Assembly (NCBI GenBank): GCA_001603075.1
Contig: LVBB01000080.1
Coordinates: 39,108-103,107, forward strand
Reading direction: 5' to 3'
DNA from: Phycisphaerales bacterium Planc_01
GTDB taxonomy: Bacteria; Planctomycetota; Phycisphaerae; Sedimentisphaerales; Anaerobacaceae
DNA: 64,000 bases
Positions 1-8,128 of the stretch are shown piece after piece. The notes below the pieces were generated by a model that was given only the letters and a program-made list of their open reading frames with translations, made no database searches and was not told the origin of the DNA. A program made the position numbers and the translations under genes. Within the stretch, counting starts at the first letter, position 1, and each line of letters opens with the position of its first letter.

Positions 1-75
1 GCGTCGCAGTATCAGCAGGAACTATTGCGTATGTGGCAGACCAATGAGTACGCGCGTCTGCCGGGGTTGGAATAG
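1..75 (+). CDS. 3' end of probable DUF4160-family protein (toxin-like partner), truncated by window edge
   Basis: Frame 1 reads ASQYQQELLRMWQTNEYARLPGLE*, resembling DUF4160 C-termini; ends 5 bp before a DUF2442 gene, the usual pairing. Confidence 0.55.
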   Translation, partial: ASQYQQELLRMWQTNEYARLPGLE

Positions 76-80
76 GTGGA

Positions 81-341
81 ATGATGAGTGCTCCCAGGAT
101 TCAGTCGGTCCGGCCTTTGGCGAACAGACATCTGCGGGTGAAGTTCGTCAATGGGGTGGAGAAGGACTACGACTGCAACCCGCTGCTCGGCTTGGACATG
201 TTTCAGTCGCTCATGAACGAGGCCCTCTTCAAAGCGGTGAAGGTGGACCCCGGCGGGTACGGCATTTCCTGGAATGACGACGCCGACTTGAGCGAATACG
301 AGCTGTGGGTAAACGGCAAAGAACTCACATCCGCCGGGTAG
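81..341 (+). CDS. DUF2442-family protein (putative antitoxin)
   Basis: 86 aa, IQSVRPL..LRVKF.NG..K.YD ... VDPGGYGISWNDDADL pattern typical of DUF2442. Confidence 0.8.
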   Translation: MMSAPRIQSVRPLANRHLRVKFVNGVEKDYDCNPLLGLDMFQSLMNEALFKAVKVDPGGYGISWNDDADLSEYELWVNGKELTSAG

Positions 342-348
342 CCGGGTT

Positions 349-369
349 GGTGTGCGGGGCACAGCCTAC
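349..369 (-). repeat. REP-like element (GTAG + short hairpin)
   Basis: Minus strand GTAGGC-TGTGC-CCC-GCACA-CC; same architecture as elements at 6793-6868. Confidence 0.5.
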
Positions 370-498
370 GAGACTGGACGCCTCATACGATAGCGAGCGT
401 AATCCCCCATCTGCTTGAATCTGTTGCCATCGGCGGCGGCGCGGGGTACGATATGCGGGGTAATCGCCGTTGAACTGACTGATGGGTGGCGTGTGCCG

Positions 499-1659
499 AT
501 GTCTCGTGGTCTGTGTGTGTTTTGGGTTTGTCTGTTGTCGATGCTCTCGGCGGGCGTGTTCGGGTGTCGGCAGACGGTCCGGCTGGCCGGGTCGGCGGTG
601 CGTCAGAATCCGCTTCGCCACATCGGGCCGTCCGGCGGTTGGGCCTTCAACGGCCTGGACGCCCGCGTGCCGCCGAGCTATCGGCCGGGCTCCTACGCCA
701 GCGCCACGCCCCGCGTCACGTTCCTCGGTCCGTCCGACCTGGGCCCGCACAGCTATCGGTTCGACGCTGCGGAGCGCAGCGGGATTGTGTACACCTGTCG
801 GGCCGGGCATATCGACATTGCCCACGTACGCAAGGGCATCGACTGGACGGGGTACCTGGCCGCCGTCATGCTCGAACACCTGGAAGCCGGGCGGAGCACG
901 TTTCAGTTCAAGCAGATCGAGCCGTCTCTGTACCACGTCCATCTGACGTTTCCCGAAGACTGGGCGGATCGCGACGACGGGCAGCGCGAGCGAATCGCCA
1001 GAGAGGTCGCGTGCGATCTCGGAGCGTATCTCGCCTGGACGGGGCTCACCTGGCACGAGATTCTCACGTGGTTCGGCTACCGGTTCAAGGTCTGGCAGTC
1101 GGAGTTCCCGTCGGCCTTCTCCTGGGAAGACAACTACTCGAACCTGCTCGGCACGCACATCGCCGTGGCCGCCCTCGGCGACGAGAGCCGGCCGTTCGAC
1201 GAGGTGGTGACAGACTTGCTCGATGGATGGCTGGCGGACCTCGGGGCCCAGCCGGCCGAGGCGGCCGAGGAGATCACCGAGGCGATGCGAGATCGATGGT
1301 TCTCTTCGCAGGGGCTCTTCACGGTGATTCACGAGCGGAACTTCGACGTGGGCTTCGACGATGGGCACGTGACGCCGCGACTGGCCCCGGCTGGGGCGGT
1401 TTGCGACGATCCCGAGCCCTGGCCCCTGGCCATTCCAATTCTCGATCGCTTGGTCCGGCATGGGTTCTCGGTGCGAGTGGAGATCGAGCCGAGGGTGTGG
1501 GAGGAACGTCGCATCCTTGCGGTGGTGTTCGGTGAGAACGACGAGGCGGCGGGGCGGCTCGATCCGGCCGTGCACTTCTCGGCGCTCATGGACCATATCG
1601 AGCAGGATGCTGTGGCTCGGGGGATTGCCCGTGCCGACAGCGAGGTTGCAGGCAAGTGA
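499..1659 (+). CDS. DUF4056-family exported protein/lipoprotein
   Basis: Hydrophobic N-terminus ending VFGC; GIVYTCRAGHIDIAHVR and EDNYSNLLG motifs; start taken at ATG 499 rather than 415. Confidence 0.7.
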   Translation: MSRGLCVFWVCLLSMLSAGVFGCRQTVRLAGSAVRQNPLRHIGPSGGWAFNGLDARVPPSYRPGSYASATPRVTFLGPSDLGPHSYRFDAAERSGIVYTCRAGHIDIAHVRKGIDWTGYLAAVMLEHLEAGRSTFQFKQIEPSLYHVHLTFPEDWADRDDGQRERIAREVACDLGAYLAWTGLTWHEILTWFGYRFKVWQSEFPSAFSWEDNYSNLLGTHIAVAALGDESRPFDEVVTDLLDGWLADLGAQPAEAAEEITEAMRDRWFSSQGLFTVIHERNFDVGFDDGHVTPRLAPAGAVCDDPEPWPLAIPILDRLVRHGFSVRVEIEPRVWEERRILAVVFGENDEAAGRLDPAVHFSALMDHIEQDAVARGIARADSEVAGK

Positions 1660-1676
1660 CAGGGAAGGGGCGCCAA

Positions 1677-3017
1677 ATGACGCGGACCGAGACGGTTCGG
1701 CAACTTGTGATGTCGATGCTGGCGGCGTGGATGGGGCTGACGGGCACAGCGCGGGCCCAGGTCTCGCCTTCCGAGGCACCGGCCGAGACGGTTCGTTATA
1801 TGATCGTCGTCACAGGGGGCGAGCTGCTGGCGGGCGCCTATGCCGACGGGCATACCCACTTTCTCACACGGACGCTGTATCCCCTGGGTCTGCACTGCGT
1901 CGGCTCGATGTGTGTGGACGACACGCGGGCGGATATCGGAGCGGCCCTTCGTTTTGCCACAGACCGCGCGGCCCTGGTGATCGTCACCGGCGGGCTGGGG
2001 CCGACGGACAACGACGTGACGCGCGAGGCGATCGGCGAGTTCACGGGCACGCCGCTGCGCGAGCACCCGGATCTGCTGGAGGCGATGGCGCGACGTTTCC
2101 GCGTGCCGCCCGATCAGCTTCGCGCGAACCTGCGTCGCCAGATTCAGACGCCGGTGGGCGGGTCGTATCTGAACAACGCCAACGGCACGGCGGTCGGTCT
2201 GGTGTTCGAATCGGACAAAGGCGCGATTGTGGCGCTGCCGGGCCCGCCGGGCGAGTTGCAGGCGATGGTGCACAGCGAACTGGTGCCCTATCTGGCCCGG
2301 CGGTTCGGCACGCGGTTGCCGGGCCTCTCGCTGATGCTGCGTTTTGTTGGACTGGGTCAGTCGGAGATCGACCATCGGATCAAGGAGCGCATGACGCTCG
2401 ACCCGGACATCATCGTCGGCTCGCACTTCGAGGGCGGGCGCGTCGATTTCACCTTCACGCTGCCCGACGACACGCCGCAAGCGAAACAGCGCCTTGATGA
2501 TCTCAAGCAGAAGATCGTCGGCATCTTCGGCGAGTCGATCTATGCCGATGACGACACGTCGCTGGAGCGGCACGTCCTCAACCTGCTGCGGGCGCGCAGC
2601 GCGACGCTGGCACTGGCGGAAGTCGGCAGCGGCGGGATGGTGGCGGCCGCTCTGACCGGCGCCGACGGCACGGGCGACGTCGTGCTCGGCGCCTACGTTG
2701 CGCCCACGATGGAGCGATTGCACCATCTGCTCGACGTCCACGATGCGAACTGGACGAAGAATGCATCCGTGGCCGAGGCGGTTCCTCAATTGGCGACGGC
2801 CGCCGCGCGCGCCGCCGAAAGCGAATGGGCCGTCGCCGTCGGCCCGCTGCGGGACGACGGTTTCGCAGAGGTGGCGTTCCGCCGCCCGTCGGGCGCCGTC
2901 GAAAGCGAGCGGATCGCCCTTCGCAGGCATCCCGACGGACATTGGGACACCCGCTTCGTCACCACCCTGCTCGACCGCCTCCGCCGCAAGCTCGCGCTCG
3001 TCGCCGCACGTTCGTAG
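1677..3017 (+). CDS. cinA: CinA-like protein (molybdopterin-binding/COG1058 domain + degenerate PncC domain) with N-terminal signal peptide
   Basis: TGGELL.G, TGGLGPT, LPGPP.E motifs, then a PncC-like segment LALAEVGSGG; signal-like N-terminus ending TARA-Q. Confidence 0.75.
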   Translation: MTRTETVRQLVMSMLAAWMGLTGTARAQVSPSEAPAETVRYMIVVTGGELLAGAYADGHTHFLTRTLYPLGLHCVGSMCVDDTRADIGAALRFATDRAALVIVTGGLGPTDNDVTREAIGEFTGTPLREHPDLLEAMARRFRVPPDQLRANLRRQIQTPVGGSYLNNANGTAVGLVFESDKGAIVALPGPPGELQAMVHSELVPYLARRFGTRLPGLSLMLRFVGLGQSEIDHRIKERMTLDPDIIVGSHFEGGRVDFTFTLPDDTPQAKQRLDDLKQKIVGIFGESIYADDDTSLERHVLNLLRARSATLALAEVGSGGMVAAALTGADGTGDVVLGAYVAPTMERLHHLLDVHDANWTKNASVAEAVPQLATAAARAAESEWAVAVGPLRDDGFAEVAFRRPSGAVESERIALRRHPDGHWDTRFVTTLLDRLRRKLALVAARS

Positions 3018-3069
3018 TGTGCCCGTAAGAGCATACGTAACGCCTCCCGCCGTCACGACAAACAGGCTA

Positions 3070-3086
3070 ACCCGCCGCAGGCGGGT
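3070..3086. repeat. Short GC palindrome ACCCGCC-GCA-GGCGGGT
   Basis: Perfect 7-bp stem downstream of cinA; resembles the ATCCGCC-TTC-GGCGGAT palindrome at 45428-45444. Confidence 0.4.
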
Positions 3087-3194
3087 CACTACAGACGCGC
3101 GATGGAGCCTCAGACGACGCCACCACAGGGGACCATGCCCATGCCAGGGAATCTTCACACACACGGTGCGGGTGCGGCCCAGTGAGATTTCGCC

Positions 3195-3225
3195 TTGACA
3201 TGACAGACCCTTGCGATGGTACAAT
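3195..3225 (+). promoter_or_regulatory. sigma70-type promoter with extended -10
   Basis: TTGACA (3195) ... TG-G-TACAAT (3217-3225); spacer is 19 bp, longer than optimal. Confidence 0.5.
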
Positions 3226-3257
3226 GAATGGCTGATACATATGTGGGGCAACTGTAG

Positions 3258-3617
3258 ATGGGCAGATTGATTGTCATCCCGGTGATCGTGGGTCTGCTGG
3301 TTTGTGCGCCGGCGTACAGCTTCGGCGCGCCTCGCGAAGCGGAAGGGTTGGAAGCAGGCCCTGCGCCCCTGTGCCATTGGCCGAGCGAGATGAACCCCTG
3401 GCGGTCAAATCCGCTCGTCCTGGAGCATCTGGCGCCTCCCAAGGGGCCGTTGCCGCTCGAACGCTGGACGGAACCGGTGCAAACCACCGGTGCGTCTCCC
3501 TCGATTCCGTCCGAAAGTGGCGGCTCGTGCGTGCGTCGCAGCGGGTCGGCCATGTCGGTGTTTCCTCATGTCCCACGTCATTCCCTGCTTTCGGTTCTCT
3601 GCATTCTGATCGTGTAG
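3258..3617 (+). CDS. Small hypothetical exported Pro-rich protein
   Basis: ATG with signal-like N-terminus (LIVIPVIVGLLVCAPAYS) just downstream of the promoter; no recognisable domain. Confidence 0.4.
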   Translation: MGRLIVIPVIVGLLVCAPAYSFGAPREAEGLEAGPAPLCHWPSEMNPWRSNPLVLEHLAPPKGPLPLERWTEPVQTTGASPSIPSESGGSCVRRSGSAMSVFPHVPRHSLLSVLCILIV

Positions 3618-3765
3618 CCCACGCCAAGCGGTTCGGCACGTGCGGCAAAGACGGACGGCGCGCCGAACGACACCCTGCCATCGTCCGCCGTTCCCGGCAG
3701 ATAACGATCCCTACCCGTGCGCCGACGCCGCCTGCGCTTTCGGCCACATTCAGAGGAGAACCGCT

Positions 3766-4215
3766 ATGACAACGAACAGCAAGGTGGATCGCGTTCGTGA
3801 TCTGCTCGATCAGAACCGGCCTGAGGAGGCGTTCCGTCTTCTCGACCATCATGTAGAAGAGACTCCTGAGGTCAGGAATGCCCGTGCCGTGTGCCTGCTG
3901 CGGCTGGGCAGACTCAGCGATGCCGTATCGATCCTCCGTGACATCACATTTCGCGGCTACATGAACATGCCCGACGATACCCCGCTGCGATTCCAGCTCA
4001 ACTTCGCGACGGCCATGTTGATGATGAACTTCAAAGATGCCGCCATGACGGTCATGGACCGGTTGGCGTTGGAGGAGGATCCGCAGGCAGATCAGTTGCG
4101 GAACGCCATCGAGCGATGGAAGAAGAGCCTCAGTCCGATAGCCCGATTGTGCTGCCGCATTGGCTTGTACCCGAAGCGACCGGTGACGCTCGATGCCCCT
4201 CCGGGCCGAGTGTAA
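3766..4215 (+). CDS. TPR-like helical hypothetical protein
   Basis: RBS GAGGAG before ATG 3766; NARAVCLLRLGR..DA TPR-like helix pair. Confidence 0.7.
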   Translation: MTTNSKVDRVRDLLDQNRPEEAFRLLDHHVEETPEVRNARAVCLLRLGRLSDAVSILRDITFRGYMNMPDDTPLRFQLNFATAMLMMNFKDAAMTVMDRLALEEDPQADQLRNAIERWKKSLSPIARLCCRIGLYPKRPVTLDAPPGRV

Positions 4216-4390
4216 TCGTCCCAGGGTGTGTGCCGCATGCGGTTGCCATGTGTCTGTGGGATTGGATCGGCGCACGACGGATGGGTGGCAGTCTCTCCCC
4301 GATGGACATCGGGATTGTGCGTGTGGGGCTGCCACCCCCGCCGAGGGCCTTGCGGATCAACGCCTCACGGCGTCACTACAAACGGTTGGG

Positions 4391-4993
4391 TCAGGGGGGC
4401 GGGATGTTCAGGAGGGTTCGGACGCCGGTGAAGATGATCTGGGCGGCGATGGCGGTGAGGATCAGGCCGGTGAGCTTCATCATCATGTGCAGGCCCTTCT
4501 GGCCGAGCAGGCGTCCGATGGGCACGGCCAGGAACAAAAACAGCGAGATCATCAGCACCGCCAGCAGGATGGCGGCGGCGGCGATGAGCTTCTCGTCCAT
4601 CTCGCCGATCTCCATGCCGAGCACGAGGATCGTGCCGATCGTGCCGGGCCCGACGATCATCGGGATCGCCAGCGGGACGACCGCAAAGTCGCTGTCGCGG
4701 TCGGGCCCGATCTCCGAACGCTTGCCCGAGACCATGCTGATCGCCGTGAGGAACAGCAGGGTGCCGGCACCGACCTGAAAGGCCGGGACGGTGATGCCGA
4801 GGACCTTGAAGATCAGGTTGCCGAAGAAGTAGACCGTGAAGCAGATGACCAGGATCGCCACACTGGTGCGAAGGGCGCAGTAGTTGCGGGTGCGCCGGTC
4901 CATGTCGCCCGAGAGCAGCAGGAACATCGAGATCGAGAAGAACGGCGAGAGGATGAAGAACACCTTGGTGAAGATGTCGAGAAACAGGCCCAT
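4391..4993 (-). CDS. marC: MarC family inner membrane protein
   Basis: LSPF, GITVPAFQVGAG.LLF, VVPLAIPMIVGPGTI, G..MMMKLTGLIL motifs; about 200 aa. Confidence 0.9.
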   Translation of the reverse strand: MGLFLDIFTKVFFILSPFFSISMFLLLSGDMDRRTRNYCALRTSVAILVICFTVYFFGNLIFKVLGITVPAFQVGAGTLLFLTAISMVSGKRSEIGPDRDSDFAVVPLAIPMIVGPGTIGTILVLGMEIGEMDEKLIAAAAILLAVLMISLFLFLAVPIGRLLGQKGLHMMMKLTGLILTAIAAQIIFTGVRTLLNIPPP

Positions 4994-5019
4994 GGGCGTC
5001 CCTTCGAGCGGGCGATGCA

Positions 5020-6396
5020 TCAATCGATTCGGATTCGCGCGTAGCTGATCGTATGGCCGCCGCCGTGCCTTGGCCCGAGCAGCTCCAGCGTTCGGGACGG
5101 GGGCGAGCCGGCGCGAACGGTGGCGGTGAAGAACTCGGTGAAGGGCTTCTGCAACGGCACGCGGACGGCGGGGCCGACGGTCGCGTCCGGTCCGATCTCC
5201 AGCAGGCGGTTCTCCGAGACGCTTCGGCCGGTCGCATCGTGGCCGCTGACGTAGAAGAAGACGAACAGTCGCCCGTCGGGCGTGACGTGGAAGCGGCCTC
5301 GGCCGGGGCGCTCGTTCGAGATGTTCTCTTCGGCCGCCAGCAGCGTGCGACGCATTCGCACCTCGCCTTCGCGTACGACGGCGTAGTTCAGCGTGTGGCT
5401 CTGTCGGGCGTCGGGGAAGAACCTGTCGCGGAGTCGCTCGTCGAGGGCCCGCTCGCTCCAGAGGATGTGGACGTCGCCGTCGGGAGCGATCCACAGGTCG
5501 CCCGGCGTGACCCAGCCGCAGGTGGTCTCCCGGCCGGCGATCTCGACCCACGGCCGAAACGGCTCGCTCGCCACGTCGGGCGTCCACGTGTAGAACAGCC
5601 GGCGGAAGTCGTAGTCCCACTCGCGGCCGGTCAGCTCCTTCTTGTACGCCCGCCACGCTTCGTTCGGCTCGATGATGTCGCTGACCCCGCAGAAGTGCAC
5701 CGCCCGGTCCTTCAGCGCGACGTTGGGATAGCAGATGCGGATCGGCTGCGGCTTGCTGTACTCGGCGCCCCACGGCCACACGAGCCGGCCCTGCGCGCTC
5801 CATCGACCATCGCGGTCGAGGAACGACCACTCGGCATGGGCATAGCCGACATTCTGCATCAGAATCAGCTCGCGGCCGGGTCCGTCGGCGGCGAAGCTGC
5901 GATAGGAATGCTCGGTGAACTTCGGCCCGCCCGACCAGACGGGGCGCAGCGTTTGCGGCGCCCGGCTCGGATCGCCGACGTCGAATCGGAGGACCTTCGG
6001 CTGCGCGGGTCCGGCGTACGCGTCGGGGGCCAGCGTCGGATTGGCCGAAAGGAACAGCGGGCCGTCCGCGAAGCCGGCCAGCGGGCAGGGCTCGCGGGTC
6101 CGGCCGAACTCGTCGAAGCCGACCTTCTTCCAGCCGCGGTCCGTGCGGGCGAACAGCATCCAGCGGCAGTTGTTCAGCGGCTCGGCGTCGGCGAGCGTCT
6201 CCAGGCCGCTGGCAAAGACCGTCTCGCCGATCCGCACCAGGCAGGTGGACCCGTGGCACCACATCGGCCCGGCGCCGTTGTCGGCGGGCCTGTAGCTGTA
6301 CACGTCCTCTTCGACCTCGACCACCGGCCGAGGGGCGTTCGCCGTCGCAACGGCAGCCAGCATCAGACACAAACCGACGACAGGAAGTGTTCTCAT
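5020..6396 (-). CDS. Secreted hypothetical protein (possibly BNR/beta-propeller-like)
   Basis: Signal peptide MRTLPVVGLCLMLAAVATA; long ORF with host-like codon usage; fold is a guess. Confidence 0.7.
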   Translation of the reverse strand: MRTLPVVGLCLMLAAVATANAPRPVVEVEEDVYSYRPADNGAGPMWCHGSTCLVRIGETVFASGLETLADAEPLNNCRWMLFARTDRGWKKVGFDEFGRTREPCPLAGFADGPLFLSANPTLAPDAYAGPAQPKVLRFDVGDPSRAPQTLRPVWSGGPKFTEHSYRSFAADGPGRELILMQNVGYAHAEWSFLDRDGRWSAQGRLVWPWGAEYSKPQPIRICYPNVALKDRAVHFCGVSDIIEPNEAWRAYKKELTGREWDYDFRRLFYTWTPDVASEPFRPWVEIAGRETTCGWVTPGDLWIAPDGDVHILWSERALDERLRDRFFPDARQSHTLNYAVVREGEVRMRRTLLAAEENISNERPGRGRFHVTPDGRLFVFFYVSGHDATGRSVSENRLLEIGPDATVGPAVRVPLQKPFTEFFTATVRAGSPPSRTLELLGPRHGGGHTISYARIRID

Positions 6397-6571
6397 GGCA
6401 GGACCGTCCTCAAAAGGTTGCATACCACACATACGCTCAACGCCCCCGCATTGTACCCAGCCACCCACACGAATCAAGCGCGTCGCACCGTGTAGCGTGC
6501 ACGGCGTGTTTGTAGGTAGGTTCCTGCCGAGGCCGGGAAGGGGGTTTTGTCATCTCTGAGAGCGTGGCGGA

Positions 6572-6733
6572 TGTCATTTCGACTAAGAGCTTGCCCCTTC
6601 AACTGCGTTCAGGGCAGGCTCTGAGCGAAGTCGAATGGGGCGAAGCCCGCACGGAGAAATCTGGCCGAGGATAAGGCAGTGTCCCATTCGCAGCCAGATT
6701 CCTCCACTGCGCTGCGCTCCGGTCGGAATGACA
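6572..6733. repeat. Composite imperfect palindrome (TGTCATTTCGAC...GTCGGAATGACA type) with a second repeat nested inside
   Basis: Outer arms 6572-6583/6722-6733 (11/12 complementary); inner arms GGAGAAATCTGGC 6653-6665 / GCCAGATTCCTCC 6693-6705 (12/13); insert CCCTTCAACTGCGTTCAGGGCAGGCTCTGAGCGAAGTCGAATGGG at about 6595-6639. Confidence 0.7.
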
Positions 6734-6792
6734 AAGCCGATTGCAGCACTCCCGTGAAGATCTACCTGCAAACGTGAAGTGCACCCCACCGT

Positions 6793-6868
6793 GTAGGTCG
6801 TGCGTCCCCGCACGGCCTGCCCTGAGCAAAGTCGAACGGGACAAGGCGAGCGGGGACGCTCGCCCTAC
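6793..6868. repeat. REPIN-like doublet of inverted GTAG-REP elements
   Basis: GTAGGTCGTGCGTCCCCGCACGGCC on + and GTAGGGCGAGCGTCCCCGCTCGCC on -, flanking GCCTGCCCTGAGCAAAGTCGAACGGG. Confidence 0.65.
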
Positions 6869-6875
6869 TGCGCGA

Positions 6876-7505
6876 TCAATCGCAGTCGGTGGGCAGGGCG
6901 GGGTTGCGGAGGTGGTCGAACATGCGGGCGATCTGGAAGGGGAGGGTGCGCGAGATGGACAGGTTGTGGGGGATCTCGTTCTCGGCGAAGAAGGCGACGC
7001 CGGTGGTCTCGTGGCTTTCGGCTGCGGCGCCGCCGGTGATCTCACAGAGGAAGAACAGCTTGTAGATGTGGAAGGGGATGGCGGGCAGGTGGGGGTGGCG
7101 GCTGCGGTCGTAGACGGCGGCCAGCTTGCGGACGCGGGCCTCGAAGCCCGACTCCTCGAAGATCTCGCGGACGACCGCCTCCGACGGGCTCTGGCAGGGG
7201 TCGGCCCAGCCGCCGGGCAGGGTCCAGCCGCCGTCGAGCGCCTCGCGGACGAGCAGGATCTTCCCGTCGCGAAAGGCCGCGCCGCGCACATCCACCTTGG
7301 GTGTGGCGTATCCTTCTTCGCGCGCGAACAGATCGAGGAAGCTCTTCTTGTCGAGATCGAACCCTTGGGCCATCATCTCGGCGGCGATCTGGCGGAGGTG
7401 CTCGTAGCGTTCGATGTCGTACGGGTTGTCGGAGAAGGTCAGGCCGTTCTGCGCCAACGCGGCCAGTTGCTTCGCCCATCGCAGCCAATTCGGTTCTGTG
7501 CTCAT
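6876..7505 (-). CDS. NUDIX hydrolase with Nudix_N domain (ADP-ribose pyrophosphatase-like)
   Basis: WL.WA..L.ALAQ.GLT N-domain, TPKVDVRGA, Nudix box GGWAD..QSPSEAVVREIFEESG. Confidence 0.9.
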   Translation of the reverse strand: MSTEPNWLRWAKQLAALAQNGLTFSDNPYDIERYEHLRQIAAEMMAQGFDLDKKSFLDLFAREEGYATPKVDVRGAAFRDGKILLVREALDGGWTLPGGWADPCQSPSEAVVREIFEESGFEARVRKLAAVYDRSRHPHLPAIPFHIYKLFFLCEITGGAAAESHETTGVAFFAENEIPHNLSISRTLPFQIARMFDHLRNPALPTDCD

Positions 7506-7634
7506 CGCGTTCCCGTCTCAACAAGGTCGACGTCTGCCTCGGACAAGTCTGTTACTCCTTCGATGTGTCCAGCCTCAATAGGGTGACACAGAATCGGGCG
7601 GGCCGCAAGGGCCAAAGGCGGAACGCCGCAGGCA

Positions 7635-7663
7635 TTGACCGGGACCCAGGGGTCCGCTATGGT
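7635..7663 (+). promoter_or_regulatory. sigma70-type promoter with palindromic spacer
   Basis: TTGACC-17bp-TATGGT; spacer contains GGACC-CAGG-GGTCC. Confidence 0.55.
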
Positions 7664-7711
7664 ATTCGACTCGTTGGAAGATCAATCTCGTTTCGTTCGG
7701 AAGGGAAGAGT

Positions 7712-7786
7712 ATGAGCAAGGTGCTGTTGGTTCTGGGATGGGTGGTTGCGGTGGTTCTGTTGCAGGGGTGCGTGGTCGTCAACTGA
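7712..7786 (+). CDS. 24-aa small ORF, lipoprotein signal with lipobox (MSKVLLVLGWVVAVVLLQG-CVVVN)
   Basis: RBS AAGGGAAG, ATG, Lys + hydrophobic core + LQGC lipobox, stop 4 codons after Cys. Confidence 0.5.
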   Translation: MSKVLLVLGWVVAVVLLQGCVVVN

Positions 7787-8004
7787 CCGGCCGCGCGGAC
7801 GCCACATTTGTTGCGGAGGGCCGGACCGCCACCTGCCGCGGTCCGGCTGGGGAGAATGCACCAGTTCTGCAAGGGGGGTTTGGCCCGTTCGTAGTGTGTC
7901 CGTCAGGACATATGATCGCGTCTGACGACGCCACTACGAACGGGTCCAGTTGCGCCGGGGAGAATCTACCCGGTGCGGTGGGGCGAATTTTCGCACGGGG
8001 GGTA

Positions 8005-8033
8005 TTGCTTTCGGACTCAGATCGGGGTATACT
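8005..8033 (+). promoter_or_regulatory. sigma70-type promoter for typA
   Basis: TTGCTT-17bp-TATACT about 95 bp upstream of the ATG. Confidence 0.55.
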
Positions 8034-8128
8034 ACAGGGCTTATCTTGTGGGGGTGGGGCCGGCTCGGTCGCGAGTCGGCGGCCAATAGCGGATTTCAGG
8101 CAAGTTGTGAATCTGAGGATTACGGTGT

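Noticed and set aside
7190-7215. Nudix box first Glu replaced by Gln (GGWADPCQS)
   Set aside because: This variant is, as far as I recall, common in the Nudix_N subfamily, and the catalytic REUXEE is intact.
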